Assembly: GCF_006345805.1 (NCBI RefSeq)
Contig: NW_021836188.1
Coordinates: 1-25,052 of the forward strand
Reading direction: 5' to 3'
From: Octopus sinensis
Lineage: Eukaryota
Length of the DNA stretch: 25,052 nt
Each line of letters opens with the position of its first letter. Position 1 is the first letter of the stretch. Positions 9,734 through 19,733 of the stretch are shown here, piece after piece. The notes beneath the pieces were generated by a model that worked only from the letters and a program-made list of their open reading frames with translations, ran no database searches and was not told the DNA's origin. The position numbers and the translations under genes were made by a program.

Positions 9734-10072
9734 AGACGGTTTCTTCATTACCATTTCCCTTACAACATGTTGGGTAAACATAACTTTCAAATTAAGTTAA
9801 ATTAAATTAAATTAAATCAATTATGCATCCTAATTACGCAGTTACACAAATAATGATGTTTATTGCTAACGAAACAACCGTAGAGCCCAATTATGAACTT
9901 CGTTTGAAATTTAAGTTTTTCTGCTTTATATTTTTCATGTTTCGCTAAAAGATCATTTTAGCCAAGAAGTTTCTTTCACCTGGATTTACAGCATTGGAAT
10001 TTAACGATCTGTTACTAATTGAGGCCTTAATTACTGCGGCTATATTTTTCGTTTTTGCACATAAATTCTACA

Positions 10073-10267
10073 AGAGGCTGGATGGTAATAAGCTTGCTGC
10101 GGAACCACCTGGTTCTGGGTTCAGTCCTGTTGTGTGACACCTCGGGCAAGTGTTTTCTGCTATATCCTCGGGCCGACTTAAAGACTTGTGAGTGGGTTTG
10201 GTAGACGGAAACTAAAAGAAGCCTGTCACTTATATGCGTTTGTGTGTTTATGTGTGTGTGTGTATGT

Positions 10268-10314
<47 letters not shown>

Positions 10315-10477
10315 GTGTTCCCCACCACCGCTTGAAGACCGGTGTTGGTGTGTTTACGAACTCGTAACATTTGCGGTTCAGCAAAAGAAGACGATTCATT
10401 CGGCTAAAAATTCCTGAAGGCGGCGCCCCAGCATGGCCACAACTTAATGACAGAAACAAATAACAGATATAAGATAC
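10073..10477 (+). mobile_element. Diverged CORE-type SINE
   Basis: ggttctgggttcagtcc...cctcgggcaagtg...ggtagacggaaactaaaagaagcc, (TG)n, ccccagcatggccac...atgacagaaacaa. Confidence 0.9.
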
Positions 10478-10766
10478 AATACATACATACATACATACAT
10501 ACGTACGTACTAACAGACATACACATATATACACACACATACATACACACATGCACATACATACATGCATACATCCACACACATACATACACACTCCATA
10601 CACACATATATACTTGCATACATACATATATAAACACATACATACATACACACACACATACATACACACATACCTACATGCATACAAACATAACTACATA
10701 CATACATACATACATACATACATACATACATACATACATACATACATACATACATACATACATACA
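10478..10766 (+). repeat. (CATA)n tract, probably including the tail of the adjacent RTE element
   Basis: The purest (CATA)n run (about 10696-10765) directly abuts the 3' end of the minus-strand RTE. Confidence 0.85.
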
Positions 10767-11290
10767 CGATTGCTCCATCGTCACAGATGACTGCCGCTTC
10801 TCTGAACTTCCTCGTTGTCAATGGCATTTCTGACATTTTGTCTTTGAACTCTCAGATGACAATTCAGTCCCTGCAGATCTGCCTGGCTTGAAGCACATGT
10901 GACCGACGTAGGGTGTAACTTCCGCTTTGATAATGGTCTCGGTGAACTGCCATATATCTCCTCACACCCGACATCGACTTGCTAGTCTTTTCACATACTA
11001 CACACGTCGAATCATTCGATCTAGAAGGAAGGACATTGCATACAGTTCTTCTTTCATGAGACTTCAGATGGTGGACATATGCAGCCTTGGAAAGAGCTAC
11101 ACGGCCATACGGTTCACATCCCAACAATTTATGTTCACATTGACGTCCTAATGACAGCCTCTTCAAAAGCAGCTATTCATGTTTTTTCTGCACAAGGTGA
11201 CCCTCTTCAAAAGTTTCTAAACTTTCCCCTGTACGCTTCCTCCACAGTTCCTCCAGGTTGCCTTCGGCTGCTTTAGAGTCTCACCACTCG
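10767..11290 (-). mobile_element. 3' end of an RTE-like LINE encoding decayed C-terminal C2H2 zinc fingers
   Basis: CEPYGRVALSKAAYVHHLKSH, CVVCEKTSKSMSGVRRYMAVH and a frameshifted GHMCFKPGRSA/GLNCHLRV. A short 3' UTR ending gacgatggagcaatcg is followed by an (ATGT)n tail. Confidence 0.7.
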
Positions 11291-11384
11291 TTTTTCTTTC
11301 TTTTCTTTCTTTTTCTTTCCTTTCTTATCTCTTTTTTCAGTCTTGTTTCTTGGCATTTAAATATTATAAATTAAATATTTTTTA

Positions 11385-11429
11385 AATAATAATAATAATA
11401 ATAATAATAATAGTAATAGTAATAATAAT

Positions 11430-11461
<32 letters not shown>

Positions 11462-11495
11462 TAATAATAATAATAAAATTAAAAATAAAAATAAA

Positions 11496-11529
<34 letters not shown>

Positions 11530-11534
11530 TTAAA

Positions 11535-11568
<34 letters not shown>

Positions 11569-11585
11569 TTAAAAATAAAAATAAA

Positions 11586-11628
<43 letters not shown>

Positions 11629-11655
11629 TTAAAAATAATAATAATAATAATAAAA

Positions 11656-11741
<86 letters not shown>
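11385..11741 (+). repeat. (AAT)n microsatellite with a repeated variant unit aaaattaaaaat
   Basis: Directly visible; the variant recurs 4 times (near 11475, 11526, 11565, 11625). Confidence 0.95.
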
Positions 11742-11742
<1 letters not shown>

Positions 11743-11816
11743 CCCAGGTATCAAAGAGTTGACATTCATAATTACGACTCCATTATTGCTTTGGGAATAA
11801 CATGTAAATAACCTTG

Positions 11817-12030
11817 TTACTTCCACCTTAGTGAAGGCGGAGATATTGTTTTCAGCCATGTTTGTTTGTTTGTTTGTCCATGGACAAGATATCTCAAGAA
11901 CTGCTGGATGGATTCCGATGAAACTATCAAGGCTGTTTGGCCTCATGACTGGCACGAACTTATTAGATTTTGGGATCGATCCGGTGCCGGACAAGGATTC
12001 TGGATTATATTTCCTGCTTTTTTTTTTTTG
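11817..12030 (+). mobile_element. Helentron-associated non-autonomous element (HINE/DINE-like), 5' part
   Basis: 5' hairpin ttacttccaccttagtgaaggcggag, then (gttt)n, then gatatctcaagaactgctggatggattccgatgaaact...ttagattttgggatcgatccgg. This is the typical HINE core layout. Confidence 0.7.
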
Positions 12031-12054
12031 AGAGTGGTCGAGTTCATTTTTAGC

Positions 12055-12107
12055 ACTGAACCCGGAACCATGTGGTTGGGAAGCAAACTTCTTACCACTC
12101 AGTCACA
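12055..12107 (-). mobile_element. SINE head fragment
   Basis: actgaacccggaaccatgtggttgggaagcaaacttcttaccac matches the 5' head of the CORE-type SINE. Confidence 0.85.
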
Positions 12108-12177
12108 TTAACAACAACAACAGCACCAATAATACGATAACAATGACTAAAGTCTAAAAGTAAACAGCAAATCACTG

Positions 12178-12390
12178 ACGGAAGTGAAAAATGGCTTTTA
12201 AAGAAATTGTCCTTGATATTTTCTCTTTCTTATTTCCTTAACAGGAAGCTGGTAAAAAAAAAAAATAGATATAGAACCGGAAGTGAGCCTGAAATACGAA
12301 GCTATTGTCAGGGTAACTTTAATAATGCTTTACAGTTAGCTGTCGTGATTGGTCGCTGTCTGCCTAATCAACATTTTCAGCGCCATCTTG
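12178..12390. promoter_or_regulatory. Candidate promoter/enhancer-like motif cluster (ETS x2, CCAAT, YY1)
   Basis: ACGGAAGTG 12178-12186, ACCGGAAGTG 12276-12285, GATTGGT 12347-12353 and CGCCATCTT 12381-12389, in non-repetitive sequence. Motif matches only. Confidence 0.35.
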
Positions 12391-12651
12391 TTCGCCAAGT
12401 CCCGCTCTATATACAGTATTCTATCGGGTGGTGGAGAGTTGACAACTTGTCTATACTTTCCTGTCGTCTTCCTCTCTATCTTTCATATTTCCTTTCACAC
12501 TCTCACTCTTTCTCTCTGCCTATCGACAATAGTTCTGAGAGTTCATAAACTATCACATTCAATCGAACGCTCATAAATGAGAATCATAGAGATGCTTTCG
12601 GTCAGTTTGCTTCCCCCCTCCATCCCACCATCTTGCTAGCTATTTATCTTG

Positions 12652-12661
12652 CTATCTATCT

Positions 12662-12752
<91 letters not shown>

Positions 12753-12784
12753 GTCTATCTGCCTATCTATCTATCTATCTATCT
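12652..12784 (+). repeat. (ATCT)n microsatellite
   Basis: Directly visible. Confidence 0.95.
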
Positions 12785-14033
12785 CGCAGACACGCGCTGA
12801 GACTGCGACATCTCCGGCTCTATGTAGACGACGGTGAACAGGTGTGGTCGCCGTTTGTGAGGCACGCATTCCCGCAACTCGTCTCCATGACCGAACTACA
12901 GTCGTGGATCAAAAAGAGGCCGAAGAAGGGCGAATGGCACCGCGAGTGTCGCGTTGCTCTCAAGCAACTCTGCCGTCCCGGGTCGACCTTGAGTGACTTC
13001 AACACAACAAAGCATTCTATAGGGGATTAGTGGAGGGGAGGTACGACGACGAGCTCGGGGCAAACCTGGGCGTCGACGAGGAATACCTGACCCGCCTGTT
13101 CAAACGACTTTCGGCCCGGGACCTATGGACAACTTCCAGAGATCCCTGGCCTGGCGGTGCTACCGAGAAGCGCTACCCGTTCGGGATAAGCTCTATAGGC
13201 ATGGCTCGAGAAACACGGGGCCGACCCTGCCCGAGATGCGGGCAGAGCGACGAAACCGCTCTGCACGCAATCGTGCAGTGTCCAGCAATTTCCCACCTGT
13301 GGGCTTATGTCGAACGACTGCTGTCCACGTGTTGGGGACGTGTCGGTTTTCAGCCGAGTCTATCGTTAATATCGTCACGCCTCCTTCCTTCAAACGGGAA
13401 GGAAGAGCTATTTTTATCATACTTGTGGCTATGCGAAAGAATGTATCTGGTGGACGCGTCTGAAGGATTAGAGACAAACACTTTCCTCTCTGGTCAATCT
13501 CTCATCAACTTCTTCAAGTATCACTGGAAAAAAGGTGAGAGTAGAGAGGCAAGTTTTGTCTAGTGAACGTTTTAAAAAAGATGGGTGAATAGCAAGGATG
13601 GCACGTATGAATGACGAAGCCACCTTGACTATGATTCTATGAACCGTAAAATTAATACACAGAGAGTTGCTTATTTGCAAAAAAAAAAAAAAGAAATATA
13701 AAGGTGACTTCATTGACCGAGGTTACCGTGGTCTTTTCCGTAGGCTTTTCTTTCCACGGGTAAACCTCTAACCTGTCCTCCCCTTTACACTTCATATTGA
13801 CATTTCTGTGATAACGATCCCTATTGATCAATTTTTTTTTCTCTCCGCCCCTTTTTTTAACCCCCCCTTTTTTGTCCTCTTCTTTCTCTCCTTTTACGAT
13901 CCCTTTTGATCGACCCCCCCTTTTTTATTTTATTTATGTTATTTTTTTTTTTTTTTTTAACCTTCAAAAGAAAAGCTCTACCTTGTAATTTGTTCATCTG
14001 TGGGTGCACCCTGTGTGGCTAATAAAGAAACAT
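12785..14033 (+). mobile_element. 5'-truncated L1/Tx1-clade LINE (ORF2 C-terminus plus 3' UTR)
   Basis: Frameshifted ORF2: ...MDNFQRSLAWRCYREALPVRDKLYRHG (zf-RVT-like), CPRCGQSDETALHAIVQCP (CCHC knuckle of L1/Tx1 ORF2), stop at 13640-13642. The 3' UTR ends ctaataaagaaacat and both flanks are (ATCT)n. Confidence 0.92.
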
Positions 14034-14069
14034 ATCTATCTATCTATCTATCTAGTCATCTAGCTATTT

Positions 14070-14480
14070 GTCTCTCTTTCTCTCTTTTCTCTCTTTTACT
14101 TGTCTCAGTCATTTGACTGCGGCCATGCTGGGGCACCGCCTTTAGTCGAGCAAATCGACCCCGGGACTTATTCTTTGTAAGCCCAGTACTTATTCTATCG
14201 GTCTCTTTTGCTGAACCGCTAAGTGACGGGGACGTAAACACACCAGCATCGGTTGTCAAGCAATGCTAGGGGGACAAACACAGACACACATACACACATA
14301 TACATATACATATATACGACAGGCTTCTTTCAGTTTCCGTCTACCAAATCCACTTACAAGGCTTTGGTCGGCCCGGGGCTATAGCAGAAAACACTTGCCC
14401 AAGATGCCACGCAGTGGGACTGAACCCAGAACCATGTGGTTGGTTAGCAAGCTACTTACTACATAGCCACTCCTGCGCCT
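14070..14480 (-). mobile_element. Full-length CORE-type SINE with a 12-bp TSD
   Basis: atctagctattt at 14058-14069 and 14481-14492; the body is nearly identical to the other young copies. Confidence 0.97.
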
Positions 14481-14490
14481 ATCTAGCTAT

Positions 14491-14524
<34 letters not shown>

Positions 14525-14945
14525 GAATGGCACGTATGAATGACGAAGCCACCTTGAGCATAGTCCTATGAACCCAGAAATCGAAAACAGAGAGTTGCTA
14601 TTTGCAAAAAAAAAAAAAAAAAAAAAGAAATATAAAATGTGACTCATTGACCGAGGTTACCGTGGTCTTTTCCGCAGGCTTTTCTTTCCACGGGTAAACC
14701 TCACCTGTCCTCCCCTTTACACTTCATATTGACATTTCTGTGATAACGATCCTATGATCATTTTTTTTTCCTCTCCCCCCCCCCTTTTTTTTTTTAACCC
14801 CCCTTTCTCTCCTTTTACGATCCCTTTTGATCGAACCTCCCCCTTCTCTTTTTTTTTTTTTTTTTTTTAATACCTTCAAAAGAAAAGCTCTACCCTATAA
14901 TTTGTTCTATCTGTGTGCAGCCCTGTGTGGCTAATAAAGAAACAT
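14525..14945 (+). mobile_element. Second, more truncated copy of the same Tx1-like LINE
   Basis: Colinear with about 13598-14033 (atggcacgtatgaatgacgaagccaccttga ... ctgtgtggctaataaagaaacat); both flanks are (ATCT)n. Confidence 0.93.
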
Positions 14946-14972
14946 ATCTATCTATCTATCTATCTATCTATT

Positions 14973-15032
<60 letters not shown>

Positions 15033-15033
15033 A

Positions 15034-15109
<76 letters not shown>

Positions 15110-15112
15110 CCA
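14946..15112 (+). repeat. (ATCT)n microsatellite
   Basis: Directly visible. Confidence 0.95.
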
Positions 15113-15642
15113 TCTTTCTATCAAACTAGCTGCCTCGTTGTCGCCCATGCACCTGACCGCTTACTTTTCTTGATTCACGCCTCCCTAAACCCGTTTCCAG
15201 TATTTTTTTTTATTACATACCGTCTTTCTTCACTTTCTTTCCCATCATCATCATCATCATCATCATCACCACCACCACCAACAATCCTCCCAACACCACC
15301 ACCGCCATCATCATCGTACAAAAAGACAAATTAATCAAGTTCGCATTGCTAACAGCCGCCATATTGTTGTCCCTTGCAGCATCGCCGCCGCCGCCTCCGT
15401 CCATCTCTCCTCTGTCATAAAACTATTTCGGTAAAGAGACAGCCTGGGGGAAGCGAACTCCACCCGCTTCCTCCTCTGCCTCCACCTCCACCACGTCTTC
15501 TTCTCTTCCCTCCTCCTCCTCCCCCTCCTTTCACTCACTAAACCCGCCACCATTTTTCCAACCTTCTTATGACTTCTTTTCGGTAATTTATTGCCGTTAT
15601 TGTTGTCGATGTGGCTACTGCATTTGTTGTTGTTGTTGCTGT

Positions 15643-16805
15643 TGGTGGTGGTGGTGGCGGTGGTGGTGGTGGTGGTGGTGGTGGTGTGGTGGTGGTGGTG
15701 GTGGTGGTGGAGGTGATGGTGGTGGTGGTGATGGTGGTGATGGTGGTGGTGGTGGTGATTGTGGTGGTTGCAGTGTGGTGGTGGTTGAGGTGGTGTGGTG
15801 GTGGTGGTGGTGGTGGGGGAGGTGGTGGTGGTGATGGTGATGGTGGCGGTGGTGGTGGTGGTGGTGGTGGTGGTGGTGGTGGCGGTGGTGGTGGTGGAGG
15901 GGGTGGGTGGGTGGTGGTGGTGTTTGGTGGTGGTGGTGGTGGTGGTGGTGGTGGTGGGTGGCGGTGGTGGTGGTGATGGTGGTGATGGTGGTGGTGGTGG
16001 TGGTGCTTGTGGTGGTTGCAGTGTGTGTGGTTGGTGGTGGTGGTGGTGGTGGTGGTGGTGGTGGGTGGTGGTGGTGGTGGAGGCGGTGGTGGTGTGGTGG
16101 TGGTGGTGGTGGTGGTGTTGGTGGTGGCGGTGGTGGGTGGTGATGGTGGTGATGGTGGTGGTGGTGTGGTGCTGTGGTGGTGAAGTGGTGGTGGGTGGTT
16201 TGCGGTGGTGGTGGTGGTGGTGGTGGTGATGTGTGGTTGAGGTGGTGGTGGTGGTGGTGGTGGTGGTGCTTGTGGTGGTTTGCGGTGGTTGTCGGTGGTT
16301 GCGGTGGTGGTGGTGTGGTGGTGGTGCTTGTGGTGGTTGCGGTGGTGGTGGTTTTGGTGGTGGTTGATTCTTTCTGGTGGTTGCGGTGGTGGTTGCGGTG
16401 GTTGCGGTGGTGATGGTGGTGGTGTGGTGGTGGTGCTTGTGGTGGTTGCTGGTTGCGGTGGTGATGGTGGTGGTGGTGTGGTGTGTGTGGTTGTGGGGGG
16501 TTGCGGGTTGCGGTGGTGATGGTGTGGTGGTTGGTGGTGTGCTTGTGGTGGTTTGCGGTGGTGGTGGTGATGGTGGTGGGTGTTGTGGTGGTGGGCGGTG
16601 TCCTGTGGTGGTGCTGCTGATTCTGGTGGTTGCGGTGGTGTGGTGATTGTGTGGTGGTGGTGGTGGTGGTGAGGGTGTGGTGGTTGTGCTTTTTGGTGGT
16701 TTGCGGTGGTGGTGGTGATGGTGGTGGTGTTGCGGTGGTGGCGGTCCTTGTGGTGCTGCTGCTTCTGGTGGTTGCGGTGCTTGTGGTGGTGGTGGTGGTG
16801 GTGAT
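15643..16805 (+). repeat. ~1.2-kb imperfect (GGT)n array
   Basis: Directly visible, with a recurring variant ggtgcttgtggtggttgc. Confidence 0.95.
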
Positions 16806-17308
16806 GTTACTGCTATCAATTTTGTTGTTGTTATTGTTGTAGATACTGCTGTATTCGATGTTGTTATTGTCGCTATTATCATTTGATGTTGTTGTTACTT
16901 TTGCTGTCGCTTTGCTGCTTCTGCTGCTGCTGTTGTTTCTATAATTTTTGTTGTTGTTATTGTTGTTGCAGCTGCTGATAGAGGTGCTGCTAGTTATTAT
17001 TGTTCTTGTTGTTGCAGTTGTTGTTGCTGCTTTAAGTAGTGGTGGTGCCTCTGTTATTTATTTTTGTTGTTGTTGTTGTTGTGGTCGTTGACGTTCTTAT
17101 TGATGTTGCTATTGTTGTTGCAATAATTGTTTATTGTTGTAGCTGTTGTTCTTGATGTTGTGTTGTTGTTATTGTTGTTGTTGATGTTTGAGTTGCTGTT
17201 GTTGTTATTGCTGTTGTTGTTGTTATTGTTGTTGTTGTTGCTGCTGTTGTTACTGCTGCTGCTGTTGTTATCCTTGTTTTTGTTGTTCTTATTGCTGTTG
17301 TCGTTGTT
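16806..17308 (+). repeat. Degenerate (GTT)/(GCT) low-complexity region
   Basis: Directly visible. Confidence 0.85.
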
Positions 17309-17412
17309 ACCAAAATGTCCGCCATCTTGCTTTATCCTTTCTTCTCTTCGAATTACCTTCTTTGCTTAAGAGAGAGACTACACAAAGTGTATATATAATA
17401 CATATGTACTGT

Positions 17413-17485
<73 letters not shown>

Positions 17486-17818
17486 TGTTATGTATTGCTT
17501 ACTCCTAGGTAAACTCTCATGAGCAGAGATATGATCAAAGACTTTCCAGTCGTAACCATTCCGTTGTTTTCTTATTTGAAGGCGACCCAAGATCATGCTA
17601 TCAAACGTGCGTCTTACGATAGCTGTGTGATTCGAGGGAGATTTGACTATTATTTCTAACAAATCAAACGACCACATAGAGACTTCAATAGTACGTCAAC
17701 ATGCTGCGTATGTTATAGGTACATTCTATGAGTTGTCGGATATGTGTAACTGTGTATATACGTGTGAACGTTCTATCATAGCGTTGCATGTTTACGTGCA
17801 TATTTGTGTGAATGCATA

Positions 17819-17852
<34 letters not shown>

Positions 17853-18300
17853 TGTGTGTGTGTGTGGTGTACTACACAGTATAATAGGGTCAGTTGGGTA
17901 CCGTCTTCGAGAAAAACAGCACCATGACACTATTCATTCTGCCAGAAATTTGGAAACGACGTGGTGTGCTGATTGGCATTCGCACCGGAAGCTGCAATAC
18001 GAACATTTCAGAGTGTTAGGTGTAGCTGAGGACATGTGAGAGTGTAAACTCAAACAGATGAGAGTGATAAAAATCAAACAGCCAGTCAACATCATGGTGT
18101 TTGGAGTGATCCCTAGTGACGGCGACGTTATGCCTCCACTTATCAGACTCAACACAGAGGCCTATATCAAGTGCCTGGAGGAGGTAGTGCTGCCCTGGGT
18201 CAAGAGGGTGGCTGCTGGAAGACCCCTGTGTCTGGAAACAGGACTCTGCACCATGCCACACAAACAGGAGAACCCAGTCATGGCTGTCAAACAATTTCTG

Positions 18301-18473
18301 ATTTCTTTATTGCCCACAAGGAGCTAAACATAGAGGGGACGAACAAGGACAGAAATAAAGGGATTAAGTCGATTAACATCGACCCTAGTGCGTAAATGGT
18401 ACTTAATTTATCGACCCCGAAAGGATGAAAGGCAAAGTCGACCTCGGCGGAATTTGAACTCAGAACGTAACAG
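18301..18473 (-). mobile_element. 5'-truncated Nin-domain tRNA-derived SINE with a 13-bp TSD
   Basis: caaacaatttctg at 18288-18300 and 18474-18486. The minus strand has a B-box (gagttcaaattcc) and the Nin-type gcctttcatcctttcggggtcgataaattaagtacc, and ends gggcaataaagaaat. Confidence 0.93.
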
Positions 18474-18720
18474 CAAACAATTTCTGCGACCGTATCACCC
18501 CTAACGTCTGTCCACCTAACTCCCCAGACTGCAACTCCCTTGATCATTAAGTGTGGGGCGCAGTTGAGTGGGAGACCAACAAAACTGCTTGAAACACCAA
18601 AGATGAACTGAAGGCAAGGATTATGGCATCATTCACCAACTTAAGCAAGGAGACCGTCCAGAAGAGTTGCAGGAGATTCCGAAGTCGTCTGGAGGCCGTG
18701 GTTGAAGCCAATGCCGATCA

Positions 18721-19105
18721 TCTCTCTCTATATAAACGGCAGTTTGTCTGTGTGTGTTTCTGTGTGTCTGTTTGCTTGTACCCTCACTCTGACCACGGCT
18801 TTCAACCGATTCTGATGAAACTTGACACACACATAGCTCAATGTCATAATTCAAAACTAACGCAGCGAAAATTTTGAAAAGTTCCCCCAGTTCTGAAAAA
18901 AAATCGATAAATTCGACATGGGGTCGAGAATCAGAAACACAAACCACAGACTGTCTAGGGGACGCAACTCCACCTTTTTCACTCTCAAAAAAAATTTACC
19001 ATCATTTTTTTCCCATTTCTTTGCTATATTTTGGCTATAACTATCTAAAAATGCTTTATAGTTATTTCCCTTACAAACCCGAACAAGGCCGGGCGATACT
19101 GCTAG
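18721..19105 (+). mobile_element. Complete non-autonomous Helitron
   Basis: Inserted between A(18720) and T(19106) with no TSD. It has a 5' TC, a 3' CTAG and a subterminal hairpin cccg-aacaaggc-cggg (19078-19093). Removing it restores the transposase end gat ca|t att gaa taa. Confidence 0.92.
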
Positions 19106-19331
19106 TATTGAATAAATTTACTGTTTAGTCTTTCAAGATATTTTTATGTAATTTATTCATCGTACCACGCATATCATACACGCGCGCGCACACCCTTCCA
19201 TCTGTCAGTATGTACATCAATTAAATTATAATGAATGTCTATATAGCATTTGGTCAGTTGATATATCAGCATGCCAGGCTAACAGTCCATCTGTGTGCTT
19301 CAATTTAGTTGTATATTTATCGCTGTGTATA

Positions 19332-19733
19332 CTCTTTTATTCTTTTACTTGTTTCAGTCATTTGACTGCGGCCATGCTGGAGCACCGCCTTTAGTCGAGC
19401 AAATAGACCCCGGGACTTATTCTTTTGCAAGCCCAGTACTTATTCTATCGGTCTCTTTTGCCGAACCGCTAAGTAACGGGGACATAAACACACCAGCATC
19501 GGTTGTCAAGCAATGCTAGGGGGACAAACACAGACACACAAACACACACATGCATATATATAACATATTACGGACGGGCTTCTTTCAGTTCCGTCTACCA
19601 AATCCACTCACAAGGCTTTGGTCGGCCCGAGGCTATAGTAGAAGACACTTGCCCAAGGTGCCACGCAGTGGGACTGAACCCGGAACCATGTGGTTGGTAA
19701 ACAAGCTACTTACCACACAGCCACTCCTGCGCC
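19332..19733 (-). mobile_element. Full-length CORE-type SINE
   Basis: The body matches the other copies. Probable imperfect TSD: tatatttatcgctgtgtata (19312-19331) and tatatttatcattctgtata (19734-19753). Confidence 0.96.

Larger units (their letters stand above)
17890..19160 (+). mobile_element. Decayed, internally deleted DD37D (maT) Tc1/mariner element with two nested insertions
   Basis: After removing the insertions: IMVFGVIPSDGDVMPP..LNTEAYIKCLEEVVLPWVKRVAAGRP / VWKQDSAPCHTNRRTQSWLSNNFCDRITPNVCPPNSPDCNSLDH*VWGAVE...KSCRRFRSRLEAVVEANADHIE*. There are 37 residues between the second and third Asp. Ends are approximate. Confidence 0.9.

Noticed and set aside
15335-16882. 515-aa Pro/Thr/His-rich ORF (mucin- or extensin-like)
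   Set aside because: (ACC)n has no stop codon in any frame, and the composition switches between P, T and H with indels, as expected for a non-coding repeat.
18812-18822. ctgatgaaac as a hammerhead core
   Set aside because: There is no stem II between CUGAUGA and GAAA; it is part of the common Helitron/HINE core ccgattctgatgaaacttg.
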